In this document: piece by piece, positions 1-13,551 of the stretch
How positions within the stretch are numbered: position 1 is the first letter of the stretch
How the letters are laid out: the number at the start of each line of letters is the position of its first letter
Assembly: GCA_028534125.1 (NCBI GenBank)
Contig: CM052832.1
Span: forward strand, 6,140,001-6,204,000
Direction: 5' to 3'
From: Lama glama
Taxonomy: Eukaryota
Length of the DNA: 64,000 bases
Program-made: the position numbers and the translations under genes
Notes under the pieces: model-generated
What the model saw: only the letters and a program-made list of their open reading frames with translations
The model's database searches: none
What the model was told of the DNA's origin: nothing

Positions 1-3000
1 GTCACTTGCCCAACGAACAAGTCATGGAGTTTGAAACCGTATCTTGTGATTGCCAAGTTCATAATCTTCCTACTACCTGCACCTTGGAAGTGACAAGTCA
101 TTTCCCTCGACACAGGGCCACCTTCTCAGACACAGCTCCCGGCAAGTACAGTCCCTGGTTTAGAGGGCTTGGCTCCTTCAATGACTTCTTTAGAAATCCC
201 AGCCATTCCCCAGAGCTTCAGAACCTGCCATCACGACGAGAGCAAAGTTAGGCTCATTGCCCCATCAGTCAGCATTTCCCTGAGTTGAGGGTTGTGTTGC
301 TTTTCATCCTAAGAAAACAGACACCTGGCATCCTGTTAGGCTAAACAAGTCAGATTAGTTCCGCACAGTGACTGTGTCCATTCTAGACGAACATTCTCAG
401 AGCCCTGGCGGGCGGATGATCAGGGCGCCCTGGCAAGCAGAGATTTGTTCCCTACTTCACTTACTGTCATTTCACACTGAGGTTAATAATTGGGTGGGAA
501 CGTTCATTTTTGAGGGTATCTGTGTTTGTTTTTTTTTTTAAACACGATGCTTTTCTAAATCTTTTAGCCACTTGATCGTCTAGTTACGGCCTCTCTAAGT
601 TGCTGGTTGCAGGGGCTGTAGCACCTGGGCCTCTTGTGTCGTCCGTGGTTGCTGTCACGTTCCAACAGAAACTGAAAATATATAGCCTTAACCTGTACAG
701 AAAAAGCTTGCTGAAACGTCCTTTTTTCTTTCTTCTTCTTTTTTTTTTTTAAAGGGACCGTAGTTTTAAAGGAAAGGACAACACTTGCTAGCCCCAGAGA
801 GAAACTTACCCAGCATCTTCTTGGTCAGTAATAACAGGCCAGGAAACACACACATCATGGCCAACCTGGACTGCATTCACACGTGGACTAGATGGCTGTG
901 TCCTAGGACCATAATCATGCTCCTCTACGATACCACATCCCCCATTAACCACAACAGAGGGACCACTAACTCGCTGGGCCACCTTGTACTGATCAATAAC
1001 CTTTCTACAGGAAGTTCCTCCCCAGTAAAATTAAACAGTTAAAAAAATTATATATCCCACATAATAGTATGTATATATATAAAGGATATATACATACATG
1101 TCACATATCAGTGAGTCATATATATATTATATGCATAGTTTTAAAAGGAATAATAAATATCAAATACAGTAATAAAATAAAAAGAAGACCCATTTCCCCA
1201 CCATCCAACTTAGGAAATGGAACCTTGTGAAGACCTTTGACGTCCCCTCTGCTCACCTGTCCGGTAACGTCTCGTCTCCCTCCTGCCCCCGAGGCAGGCA
1301 TCTCAGTGTAGTTTAATCATTCTGTTGCTTTTCCCTGTAGCTGGACTGGTTAGTTTTGCCCCAAACTTTCTTCTCAGCAGAGAACACTTTCCAGTCCTGT
1401 GCTTCATTGGCGTTCCTTCATTCTCTTGGTGATAAACTCTTTTGTCTTAAAATCTCATCAGTTTTCAGTCCAGCAAACACAGGGACGCACAGTGCCTGCC
1501 CAAGAAATACTCCTGAACTATTCCGCAAGGGTTTTCTTTTCCCTCTGGTGGCAATGGTGGGGTGGGGACCAGGTCCGGCAAACTCGTGGGCTAGTTCAGA
1601 ATGGTCCTCCCTTCTCCTGCCGAGGCTTGTGATCATGTGCTAGGCTGAGAGGCTGGGGTCTCTGCCTTCTCTAGATTGATCAGCTCTGCAATGGGAGTGG
1701 GCAGTGGCCCGGAACCTTGCCGACCCCTGGCTGGTTCCCGGGAGTTGACGCCATGTTTACATAGTAAAAGAACAAGATGAAACTTGATGTGTGGGCCTTA
1801 AATTTAGCTTCCAGTCAATTTTAGTTGAAGGAAAATCTCGTTGTATCCATTCTTTGTGTTTTTCCCTTTTTTTGGGGAAAAAAATTTGTGGCTGAAAAAG
1901 AGTATAAAATACTGGGTTACGGAAGAAGGAGCTATTGTTAAGCGTAAGCCTTTTAAACGCTGTAATTACTCTATAAAGGCTGTGCGTTTGCATCAGAAAT
2001 GCATGTAGTTTTCAATTTTGGTGCCCAGTATATGGAGCATTTGTAATGATGGGGTACTTCCAAAAATAAATCGACTCTATAGAAAATGTTAAGCAGCCCC
2101 ATTCCCCAGGGCCCGGAGTGAGTATCTCCATTGTACCAATGAGGAAACGAACATGACAGTTAGTGGTTTGCCCAAAGCCGCACTGTCACTGGCACTACAA
2201 AGATGTAAGCAAAGGTCCCACGTACAAGAAAAAAAGCGCAGTCATGCAAGATGCTGTGAGCCTCCGTTAAATTGACCTAAATTAAGATTCAGGGACTAAC
2301 AAGCCTTTTGGTGTTCGGAAGAATCTACCACATCAACCACAGAGAGCTGGCTTACTCCTGAAAAGTTACCTGTGGGGTTTTAAATAGTGCTTTTTTTTTT
2401 TTTTTTTAGGAATCTGTTTGCTTGAAATTAAAAGCTCTGTATCTGGCTAAACATTGCTATGAAAACCAGAAAGCAGCGGGTTCAAGTATATTTCGCACTG
2501 CCAGGGAAAACAGTGTGGGAAGTACAGTAATGTCTCAATTTGTAGTGTTCTGCTTTTACAGCTGACAAGAAAGCAGGAACTTCCTTTCTGAAACCATTTG
2601 CAGGGGTTTGGTTCAGGAGGTCCACGCCGTCCTCCAGACACCATCTGTCTCAGTAAAATTGCACAGCAGAGGAAGGGCTTCCACGGAGGAACCACAAAAT
2701 CCTCCATTTACAAGGAAACTTCTGGAATTCTTAGTGCTCCTTTCTTAGACAAAAATTGATAGCTCATTTAATAAATATTTTCCCCAACAAAGGATTGGAG
2801 CAAAAAAAGTTTTTTTTTTTCCTCCTGACTAACCTCTAGTTAAACCAAAAAAATTCAATTAACCATCACAACAAACTCCTTTATCCTTCTCTTTTATTCC
2901 CTTAAGCTTCACTTGGGAACTTGACTCCATTTTGTTGTTGTTGTTGTTGTTGGAGTAATAAATGTTTTCAAGACATTGTTAACTATACTAACTCTGGTAT

Positions 3001-3631
3001 CTGAGCATGTAAGTATGGCTTCATCCAAAGCCATAGTATTGACTCATGAAGACTTATCCACCTATTGATAAAAAAACACCAGAGCTCTTACTGTGAGGTG
3101 ATATATGCACTCATGGATTAATGTGGGCAAAGCCAATGCGTCATTGCACGGAGAAGGCATCTTAAAGGGAAAGACACTAAAGGGTGACACTCAGGGAAAC
3201 CCTCACCTCACGGAGGGTGAGTCCCAGGTGCTTATGATTTTGGCATTTCCCCCTCTGTTCATCAGGTCTGGGGACGGCAGAGCCATGCTGCGTTTACAAG
3301 GAGCAGATGAGCCACAATAACAATATAGAACACTGGATTCAAAACCCAACCCACATGCCTTGATGATATTGGGCAAATAGCCTAAATTTTCTGTGTGTGT
3401 GTTTTTTTGTTTCTTTGGTTTTTTTGTCCCCTTACCTGAGCAATTGGAATGTGAATGCTTTGGAAAGATGTTCCATGAGCTAGTGCCTTCATGTAATACC
3501 TGGGAGACGACCGCTATTGTTTATATACTGTAATGTTGTGGTTGTCTTCGTTATAACTGTGCACATCAACTTAGGAGACTGAATACTAGATCAGAAAAGG
3601 GCTTGTTGAGCAGAGAATTTCATTTCTTGAA

Positions 3632-3720
3632 TTTTATTGTCAGTGGAGGTACTGGGGATGGAACCCAGGACCTTGTGAGTGCTAGGCATGCGTTCTACCG
3701 CTGAGCTATCTACCCCTCCC
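3632..3720 (-). mobile_element. tRNA-derived SINE (camelid vic-1-like)
   Basis: Reverse complement reads gggaggggtagatagctcagcggtagaacgcatgcctagcactcacaaggtcctgggttccatccccagtacctcc, with A and B boxes. Confidence 0.9.
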
Positions 3721-4042
3721 TCCTTCCCCCACACGCACTGTATCTTAGAGAGTGAGAAGTTAGATGTTCTTCAGGAATGCCTCCACTGGGCAGGGTCAGC
3801 TGGGTACTTCGTCAGTTGGTATAATGGACACTATAGCTAAACTCTGGGACACCCTTTACCCCGACAGTGTTCGATAAACTCCCCGCAGTTTTAACCTATG
3901 GCTTACTTTTTTCTAGATTTTGTGAAGTCACCACTTTCTAAGTCTGGGGAGCCTCTAAATTATTTGCTTCCGTTTGTTTTTAGCAGCGACAAAGGAATCA
4001 CTGTGAGTGGTTTGGGTTTGGCTTTCAAAACATCCTCTGACA

Positions 4043-4130
4043 GGGTGGAGGGTATAGCTCAGTGGTAGAGCGAACACTTAGCATGCAGGAGGTCCTGGGT
4101 TCAATCCCCAGTATCTGTATTAAAAAAAAA
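4043..4130 (+). mobile_element. tRNA-derived SINE (vic-1-like)
   Basis: ggagggtatagctcagtggtagagc...ggtcctgggttcaatccccagta followed by a poly(A) tail. Confidence 0.92.
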
Positions 4131-4386
4131 TCATTTTATGTACATTTATTACTATATACTTCCAGGTTTCTCCTTCTTCTGGTTCCGCATTTGCTGGAAA
4201 GTACCGAACTAGTCCCCAGGATGAGCTGCGTGTGCCAAGTGTTTTTAAAAGCACTGCATCCTTTTGACAGATGGTAGCCGTGAGAAAGCCGGCTGCTTTT
4301 ACTTCGTGCAGACAGAGCGGCCTGATAGAGAGCCCTCCCCTCACACGCCTGTGTTTGTTTTCGGCTTGATTTTGTCTCCGGTACAG

Positions 4387-4652
4387 GTATTGACATCCTG
4401 AAGCTTGTAGCAGCCCAAGTGGGCAGCCAGTGGAAGGATATCTATCAGTTTCTGTGCAATGCCAGCGAGAGGGAGGTGGCCGCGTTCTCCAACGGCTACA
4501 CGGCGGACCACGAGCGGGCGTACGCGGCGCTGCAGCACTGGACCATCCGCGGCCCCGAGGCCAGCCTGGCCCAGCTCATCAGCGCGCTGCGCCAGCACCG
4601 GCGCAACGACGTCGTGGACAAGATCCGGGGCCTGATGGAAGATACGGCCCAG
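4387..4652 (+). CDS. TNFRSF21: TNFRSF21/DR6 internal coding exon (exon 4 by human numbering), death domain
   Basis: Acceptor ...ctccggtacag|GT at 4386/4387 and donor CAG|gtaacg at 4652/4653, 266 bp. Translation (G)[88 protein letters not shown] is recognised as the DR6 death domain. Upstream exons lie outside the window. Confidence 0.97.
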
Positions 4653-4799
4653 GTAACGCGGCCCGGCCCGGCTGCCTCTCCCACTGACCTGCAGGGCCCC
4701 GTGCTTCCGACGTGTCCAGGCACAGGGAAGGAGGAAAAAGAGCCGATGGAAGGCGTTTAGATTCACACAACCACCCACACCCGCGTCTCTCTTACGGGG

Positions 4800-5055
4800 C
4801 AGTGCTTCTCAGTGGTTTTCCATTAGAATCATCTCGAAAACTTTTTAAAAATCCTGGTATTTGTACCCCACGTAGGCCAGTCAAATTAGAATTTCTAGGG
4901 AGAGGACTAGGAATCAGAATTTTTAGAAATCAGTATTTTTTTAAATTAACTAATCAATTAGGCTACCCGTCTATTTTTTTAATTGAAGAATAGTTGATTT
5001 ACAAGGTTGTGTTAGTTTCTGTAGGAATTCCAGTGTGCAAAGTTGAGAATCATTG
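4800..5055. mobile_element. MER5-like hAT-Charlie relic, interrupted by a short L1 3' fragment
   Basis: cagtgcttctca... and ...aagttgagaatcattg terminal motifs, with ttagaatc/aatcagaatttt internal motifs. Confidence 0.55.
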
Positions 5056-7080
5056 TCTTTGGGGTAGATTCTGGCCTCAGACTGTACAGCTTCTTCTGTT
5101 CTTTGCTACCCAATTTGCAGTCTCATTTTGCATGACACACCTGGAACCGAAGCAAGAAGGAGACTTTTTCTTTTGCGTTCCCTTCCCCCTCCGGAGGGTG
5201 GTTTCTGTGATGCGGTTTTAGGAAGGCTCCATCTTGCCTCCTGAGGACGCAGGTGGTACTGGCAATAGTAACAGGACTGATGTTTCTCCTTGGGCTCGTT
5301 CAATCAGAACGTCTGATGAAACCAGGGGGACCCAGGGGTGTGGTTTATTCATAGTTGTTGGTCAGTGAGCCCTGGCTTTGGAGTCGGACAGCCACTTAAC
5401 TAGCTGGATGGCTAGGGGTAAGTTCCTTCAACTTTCTCTGCCTCTGTTATCTCACTTGTAAGCCACATTTAGAGGATTTATTAAGACTAGGAATAAAGTA
5501 TACGCAGTGCGTGATGCACTGAAGGTGTTCTCCAGGGGTAGTCATGGTTATGACGTAACTCGTTTTACGTAGCCTTTCCTTAATCATAACGTGCTTCCCT
5601 GAAAGGCCATGAATTAGGTACAAACTTGGCTATTGAATCATTTCCCACAAACTTCTATTAAAGTTTTGCAGTGAATTCCCAAAGTAAAAACGCTACCGCT
5701 GAGACTTGATAAAACCCACTTAAAATTTAAAAGGCCATTCTGTCTGTGTTATTTTCCAGTGGTTCAAACTCCTTGCCTAAAAAGAGCGAGGGAGAGCGGG
5801 GGAGAAATTTTTTCCCCCATCAACTCTAACCCACTATCTTTCTAAACCAAATTTTGTATATCAAGGGACTCAATTTTATAGATTTAAGAAATCCAAGTGC
5901 TTTTATCTTTGTATACTCACGGTCTTGTGTTTCTTCATTATTGAAGTAAACATTCATCAGGTAGGTCTTTTATCTAAGTGACTGGATAAAAATTTATAGG
6001 TGCTAATTGACTCTGAAGGCAGTCTTTCAAGCTCCTGGTGTATTTTTAACTTCTTTGAAATGTGGAATTTCAGAAAAAAAATTTACTAATAGATGCAGGG
6101 ATAAACATTCAAAGGCACGGTGTCTTGTGACTTTTTGAGAAACAACTCAATGAAGTATGGTTCACAGCAAAAACAAGGCTTCAAGTAGCTGGATTTGGGG
6201 AAAGGAAAGGGAGCTGTTTGACCTCCAGTTAAATAAAATGGCTGCAGTTCAAACAAGGGACTCCAGAGGCAAAATGTTATTGTGCTTCCTTGGAGTGTTG
6301 GCTTTAAAGGGAAAAGCTGGTGGGGCAAGCAGCAGATTTGAAGAAGGATTTAGACACTTGAGAATAAGCCCCTGGCTCTCCTGGATAAAGCCTACAAGAG
6401 AGATAAAATGCAGCTGATGCAATGCTAGGGTTTGGTTCAATGGAATATTTAATAAAGTGGAAGGATGATTGTGATGTTATTGTTAAGGGCTCAAAAGAAG
6501 CTTTCTCATTAGAAAAAAACAAATACAAGCATAGGAAAATGAAAATGCATAAATATTAATGTCATGTTATTGAATATGTATCCTTATCAAATAGAGTTTT
6601 CTCTGGATATATCCAAGTGCCAAACTCTTGTTGCCTTTAGTTCTTTCCTCCCTTTATCTCCTCTATATACAAAAAGATTCTGGCATCTGTTTTATAAGAA
6701 ACAGTGGTATCAAGACATCCTATAGCTTACTCCTTGGGTCCTGTGTAGCCTGTGTGTCTTGATGGAGACCTTGTTATGATGAAGGACATATTAAGCTTCT
6801 TGTTCCGTGTTTCAGTACTGTCCATCATTGTGCAGCAACACTGTGGACCCAGCTCTGACTCTGATTTTAATAGCCAGCGAGCATGGATTTCTGGCTGCCA
6901 GCTCTTGTTAATCACACAGTTTGTTCATAGTTCATCTCTGAGATTTGTCGAGTCAAACAAGAGAATCAGAACGTGGCGGGCATAATCTTATGGTGGATTT
7001 GTATTCTGTGTGTACTGTGGTACTGCTGGTGACTTGAGACTTTGCCCCAGGAGTTAATGGACTCTTAATATGTAAAAATG

Positions 7081-7084
<4 letters not shown>

Positions 7085-7116
<32 letters not shown>
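7085..7116. repeat. (TG)16 microsatellite
   Basis: Perfect dinucleotide run. Confidence 0.97.
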
Positions 7117-7119
<3 letters not shown>

Positions 7120-7369
7120 AAAGCAGTTAATGTTTTTTCCTATTCATGAGCCTGAGAACACCTATGTTGTGTTCCACTCAAAGGACGGACGCCAATGTTC
7201 CTTCCAGTTACCTCTGGCAGGAGCATCTCATCCATTATTAACCATAGTGGCTCATCTGCCATTAATTAAACATGTCCGGAGTCTGACTTTTTAATTTTAA
7301 TTTTATGCATTAACAAATTAGATAGTAAAATTCACTTTTTAGTGTACTATTCTACTGTTCTTGGAATTT

Positions 7370-7955
7370 TTTTCAAGACAGATTTTTTAGAGCAGTTTTG
7401 GGTTTAAGATAAAATTGAGGGGGGAGTTCCACAGATTTCTCATATACTCCCTGCTCCCACATGTGTGTCGCCTCCCACGTTATCAACGTCACTCACCAGA
7501 ATGGTACATTCTTTACCAAGTGTAGACCTGCATTGACACATAACATAATCACCCTAAGTCCATGGTTTACCTCAGGGTTCACTGTTGGCGTCGGACATTC
7601 TATGGGTTTGACAAATGTGTAATGACATACGTCCATCATTATAATATCATACAGGCTATTTTCACTGCCCCCCAAATCCTCTGTGCTTCACTTATTTTTC
7701 TCTTCCTCCCTACCCACCCCTTCACTGTCAACCACAAACCATTTAATTGGCTCATATAGTCTTGCCTTTTTCAGAATGTCATATGGTTGGAATCATAGGG
7801 TGGGCAGCCTTCTCAAGTTGGCTTTTTTGACTTAGTGCTGGGCATTTAAGCTTCCTCCATGTCTGTCTAAGAACTTGTCAGTGGACTCGTTTTCAGCACT
7901 AAATAGTATTCTGTTGTTTGGATGCACCACCATTTATTCATCCATTCACCTGCCT
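7370..7955 (-). mobile_element. Old L1 (L1MB/MC-like) 3' end
   Basis: tttttagagcagttttgggttt...aagtccatggtttac...ggacattctatgggtttgacaaatgt...tttattcatccattcacct. Confidence 0.75.
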
Positions 7956-8214
7956 GACTCTGTCCTTATCTGAGGTGTGAGCTGGACTTTTCAGTGTGCT
8001 CTTCTTTGAAGTTCAACATCCAAACTGAGCCCAGCCTTCCAGAGTCTTACCTATTCTTCCCCTCCAGGGCATGAGCTTTTGGGGGCCAGTAGCAAAGCAG
8101 TGGGACAATCATTGGAAGTTACTGGGACTTTGCCAAAACTATTTAAAAAACAAAGCAAAACCCTAATACAGCTTTCCAAATTGTATGTTAACTCTTCCCC
8201 GTCTTTTTAAAACA

Positions 8215-8368
8215 AATTTTTGTTTTTATACATTTTTTTAATTTTGGGGGGAAGTAATTAGGTTTACTTATTTATTTATATGTTTTTTAGAGGAGGTACA
8301 GAGGATTGAATACAGGACCTTGTGTGTGCTAATTGTGCGCTCTACCACTTGAGCTATACCCTCCTCCC
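8215..8368 (-). mobile_element. tRNA-derived SINE (vic-1-like, long-tail form)
   Basis: T-rich tail, then ggggggaagtaattaggttt, then gaggtacagaggattgaa...gagctataccctcc. Confidence 0.88.
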
Positions 8369-11300
8369 TTTTTTTCCCCATCCTTTCACTTGGACTTTTT
8401 TTCCTGTGGCTTGATTTAAAGAATTCTCTTGTAAGTAACATATATTTAAGGTTTGTTTTTTTTTTTTTAATCTATTCTGATAGTTTTTGTCATTTAATTG
8501 GAGAATTTCAGTGAGGTTACATTTTAATGTAATTGCTCATATATTTGGTTTAAATGGTTTAAATCTACCATGTTATTATTTGTTTTGTATTCATCCAATC
8601 TGTTCTCTCCCTTCCTTTCCTTTCTAGTTAATAAAATATTCTTATTTATTCTACTTTTCCTGTCCTATTAACTTGTTATACATTTTTTACTTTACTTTTG
8701 ATGGATACCCCAGAGATGAGGACATGCATACTTCAATTATGAGCCGTTTTATAAATGTGTCCTTTTTACTATTTTCGAGACAATACAACCATCTTAAAAG
8801 ACTTTAATTCTGTTTAATCCTTCTCTTGCATTCTGTTTTTGTTGTCATACATTTTGACGCTACACATTTCTTAACCCCCAAGAGGCATAATTATCATGGT
8901 TTTACACAGTCAGTATGCACGTAGATTTACCTGTTTATTGATCTTTTCTGTTGTTCTTCACTCCTGCCTGCAGCCTCCACCTCAACCCGAGATCTTTTGT
9001 CTTCGGCCTAAAGAATACTTCATGTCGTTTTCCAGCAATAAGCAATGTTTTCCTTTGTCTGAAAAATGCCCACTGAATACATTGCCTGATTTGCCGTTTT
9101 GTTTTTGAAGGCTAGTTGGAAATAGAGCTTGAGCTTGACGGTTATTTTTCTTCCAGTACTTTCTTGCCTGGGTTTAAGTTCCCCCTGCTAAACAGCCAAG
9201 GAGAGGATGCGATTTTATTTTTAAATTTCTGTTGCATAACACATTACACGCACAGTCCTATACTGGGCACTTTGGGCAATGCAAAGACAAGTAAGACAAA
9301 GTCATTGCTGTCAGGGAAGCTCACCACGGAAGGGAAGAAACGTATGCATCTTTCATCTAAGGGAGTAAATCCACAAGGGGAGGGGAGGGCAGTGTTGCAC
9401 GTACAACTCATCAGCGCTGAGGCTCCAAATAGGGACATTGGGGTGGAGATGTGTGCCGGGTTCAGTTCCTGTCCGGGCAGCATATCACACTGGTGATGTG
9501 ATGGTCAATTACTTGGCCTCCTTGCCTCAGTTTTTCCCTAAGAGAATGGGAACACCATTGGCACCTGTCCAATGTGAACGTGACCCACAGGAAGCACTTG
9601 GTGAATGCTCTAGAGGCAGGCGGGCTGGAAGAGTGTTCCTAACCAGCTCCAACTCACGTAAAACAGCCTTCAAATCCTGAGCGCCAAGGGTTACTTGGTG
9701 TCAGGTCGGGAGGGACCGCCAGTTCCAAGAATGCTTCACGCAGACGGGTGAGCGCAGGGTTGCCATCCAAGTTCAGTGCCCAAGAACTGGAAATTCCAGC
9801 GAATTGTAAATATTTATTCCTTACTGCCTGAGTGAGTGTTCCTGGGCCGCCAGGGATGTTTTTTCGAACAAAGAAACAGAGGTGATGGTACGTGTGAGGA
9901 CAACGGTCCGCTCTCCCAGTAGCTGTCAGAAAAAGGACACTAAATTGAGCAACCGGATTTCTAGGTTTCCCTTTTATAGTTTCTATTTTCTCTTTTCAGG
10001 ATTGTGTGTATTCAGATAGCCTTGCCCAGTGCAATTGTTTTCTTGATACCCTCACCTTGGACTTGATTTTTTTCTCCATAGGAAACCTTGGGCAAATGAT
10101 TTCTCTGACTCAGATTTTTCTATTTAAAATGGGCATTCAAGTGTTTTTCAGAACAAAATCCGGGAATCACTTGTTAAACTGTAGGAGATGAAAAAGCGAG
10201 GCATTAAAGTGATGCTTCCTGGCTAGGTTCGGAAGTAGTGGTGATACGAATTTTCCAGCTTTCCTTTCTAGTTTCATTTTGGAAAAAGGGAGGAAAAAAG
10301 AATTTTATGTACATTTAAAAATGATAATATTCAAAAACAGCCACAATCATTTAAAAGAATATGAAGTGTTACTTTACCTATCTGCCTTTGACCAGAGATT
10401 CACAAATGCAAAGAATTGGTGATGATCAGGCAGGGGATTTGGGTATCTCAGCCCATATCCTTCCCTCCCTCCTTCCGTGAGATTAGCTAGATTCAGACTA
10501 CGCTGTAATATAATTACTAGTGGACCCGAAGCCAGTGTTGTTGTCCTTAACGTCTGTGTGATAGAATGATTCTTTGTTAGAGACGCTTCATCCTTTGCTT
10601 TCCCAGCTGCATTCGTCTTTATCAACGGTCCAACTGAGAACAGATATTTTCAGAAATGAAATATAGTGGGGGGCGAATTGCAGCAAATACCAGCTGTGCC
10701 TTTAACTGTTGGCTTTTGGGCTATTCAAATTTGCCTTTGTCTTTAATTGGCCAGTTGATTGGCTCTTGGGAAATAGGGATTATTGTCATAAGGCCTTAAG
10801 ATGTTAGCTAAACTCGCATGTATCAAGGCCCTTCCTTCTGCTGTGTTCCCACAGCACAGAGGGTCATTTAAGGTGACTTAACTTGCAGGGTGTGACTGCA
10901 GGCTCTGGGGGACTTGGGTGGTGGTGAGAAGGGAACGTAAAGAGATTACTGACACATGAGAGGCCCGGGTGCATTTAGTGATGCTCGTGTTGAAGGTGGT
11001 GGTTGTGTACAAAGAAGCCATGTGTATGAATAAGCCTTTAGACTTTTAATGACATTTCCGGCCATTCAACTTATCATTTTCCAAAGTTTCATTCAGTAAG
11101 TCAACATCTTTTGTCGAGCACCAGCTGTGTGCCTGGTACTATGTAAAGAAGGAAGGTGTGCGCCTTTCAATAGCTCACTCACCGAGATGGAAACATGAGT
11201 GCAAATAATGACAGTTCAGTGGAATAAGCAAATGTTATAATAGAGGTGTGCACGAGGAATTATGGCACCAGAAGGCAGGGACACTCAACACACCAAAATA

Positions 11301-12033
11301 GACCTAGAAAATAACACACACAACACATGTATGTATTTCCATTGGAAAGTCATTTCTTAAAAAAACAGACTATAGCTTCTTTCAAGACTGTACTGTGGTC
11401 TTCTCCAAGATTTTCTCATCTGATTTCTGCTCAGGGAGCCACCTGCTTTTTCACGCTAAGGGCACCTCAGAATTTTGACTTGGCAAAGAACGTCTGTTTT
11501 ACTTGGCACCTTGTTTTGTTTGGTTCAGGAGGAAGCTTATCAGAACTGCTCACTGTTCGACAATATTAAAGGTACAGGAACGAGGTTCCAATGTCCCACT
11601 TCATGTCAAGTGCTGGAGTTGGAACTTTGAATCCCCAGGAACTAATCGAAGGAACTGACATAGCCAACAATTTGACTTTTGGCTTCTGGAACTGCTCACT
11701 GTCTTAGAAGCATCTGGTAAGATTAGAGACAGGGTGTGTCTGCTAGAAATGATGGTTGTAAATGCCCAGTCCTGCCTCTGACTTGTACTGGGGGCTCAGG
11801 GAATCTTAGCTACTGTTTTCTGTGTTGGCATTTAAATTCCACGCTCTCCTGTTTTTGACCCAGGAGCAACATCACTCTACTGTCTGTACATGCACGTTAA
11901 GGAGAAAGGGAGCCAGTGTTGGCCGAGTACCTGTTGCGTCCCAAGCACTGTCTGGGTGCTTTGCGTTTGCTTTTATTTGGAAAGCTTCATGGTCCTGTGA
12001 GACAGCAGTAGGTTTTAGAATCAAGATATATTG

Positions 12034-12184
12034 CTGTATTTTGTTGAATGCCATGTACATTGTGTATGTACCGTTATTATGGGTACCATTAAGAAAGCAA
12101 TAAAAGCAGTTGTAAGATACATCCCTATTTCAGAGGTGCTAAAATGCGAAAAAAAAATGCACCATGGAATTAATGAAATACGGT
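12034..12184 (-). mobile_element. MER104-like Tc1/mariner MITE
   Basis: Reverse complement begins ccgtatttcattaattccatggtgcattttt...ttttagcacctctgaaatagggatgtatcttacaa. A degenerate matching inverted terminus (ctgtattttgttgaat) lies at the left end. Confidence 0.65.
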
Positions 12185-12328
12185 AGTTGCGCTTGAAGTG
12201 AACGGGTTATGAGGAGAAAAGTCTGGGACACAGATGTCTGGTATTGACACACTCCCCCTCCCCAACACACACACACTCACACGTGCTTTTTTTTTTTCCC
12301 AAGAATTCTTTAAAGATAAGATGGTTTA

Positions 12329-12436
12329 GGGGTGGGGGTGGGTAATAGCTCAAGTGGTGGAGTGCATGCTTAGCATACACGAGGTCCTGGGTTCAATCTC
12401 CAGTATCTCATTAAAAAAGAAGAAAAAGAAAAAGAA
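12329..12436 (+). mobile_element. tRNA-derived SINE (vic-1-like) with 16-bp TSD
   Basis: SINE body plus A-rich tail, flanked by aaagataagatggttt (12312-12327) and aaagatgagatggttt (12437-12452). Confidence 0.93.
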
Positions 12437-12544
12437 AAAGATGAGATGGTTTGGCACAAGCAATTTCTTCAGCAGACATTAATGGGACACCTATTTCATT
12501 TTGAGCCCTGCACCAGGCACTGGAGATCCTAAATGAAAGCGCAC

Positions 12545-12900
12545 AGTATATACTGCTCAGCCATAAAAAAGAAGGACACGTTGCCATTTGCAGGGATTAC
12601 GCATAGCGAAACAAGTCAGAGAAAGACAAATACTGTATGATGTCGCTCATAGGTGGAATCTAAAAAAAATACAACAAACTAGTGAATATAAGAAAAAAGA
12701 TGCAGACTCACAGAGACAGGACAAATGAGTGCTTACCAGTGGGGGTCGGCGGGGGCAATACAGGAGTGGGGGAGTGGGAGGTACAAACTACGGGGTGTAA
12801 GACAGGGCTAGAGGGATATATTATATAATGGGGAATATGGCCAATATTGTGTAACAACTGTACTTAGAGTGTAACCTTTAAAAACTGTATATAAAAACAC
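12545..12900 (+). mobile_element. L1 3' fragment
   Basis: ctcagccataaaaaagaag...aagtcagagaaagacaaatactgtatgat...gtggaatctaaaaaaa...gggaatatggccaatatt. Confidence 0.85.
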
Positions 12901-13397
12901 ACACACACAAACACAAAAACGGGATCATCCCTGAAGACACCGGCAGTGTTACAGGCAGGCTGCGCACGTGCGCCGAACTTTAGAATATATTTCTGTGAAA
13001 CCGCCATGTAGAGGAGTTGCCGTGAGTTTTTCTGTTTTTCCTGAGACACCGTGTCTCAACATTCAGAAAAACTTGAGTCTATTAGTTGGTGACATACGCA
13101 GCCCTTTAATCCACCCGCTTCCTGGCTTTCTCAAAAACTGCACGGGAGGGAAATCAGAATCAATATTGTGAAATGAAGCTTGTTTTCGCCATCAGTCACC
13201 AGTGCTGGAGATTGTATTTTCTTTTTCTTGTTTGTTTTAAAGCCAGAATTCTTCTTCAGATAAAGCTTCGTAGCTGTAAGTTTTGTCCTAGCATCTTGGT
13301 CCTATGATTTTGAGACTGTGTCTTGATCTGTTATAATCCAAGTGCCAAAAGCATGTATGCTTACGGATGAGGAATTACATTGTGGACAGCAGTAGGG

Positions 13398-13551
13398 GTT
13401 TTTTTTAAGTTTTTTAAAATTATTTTTTATTTTTTATTTTTTGGAGGGTAGATAGTAGGTTTGCTTACTTATTTTTAATGGAGGCACTGGGATCAAACCC
13501 AGGACCTTGCATGCTAAGCATGCACTCTACCACTGAGCTATACCCTCCCCC
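13398..13551 (-). mobile_element. tRNA-derived SINE (vic-1-like) with TSD
   Basis: ggaggcactgggatcaaacccaggacc...gagctataccctcccc, with gcagtagg repeated on both flanks (13389 and 13554). Confidence 0.9.

Noticed and set aside
4043..4115. tRNA-like sequences (here and at the other SINE copies)
   Set aside because: They carry A-rich tails and TSDs and are mutually diverged, so they are tRNA-derived SINEs rather than tRNA genes.
4341..4778. 145-aa antisense ORF and other overlapping ORFs over exon 4
   Set aside because: Expected by-product of very high GC3, which removes stop codons in other frames. No recognisable product.
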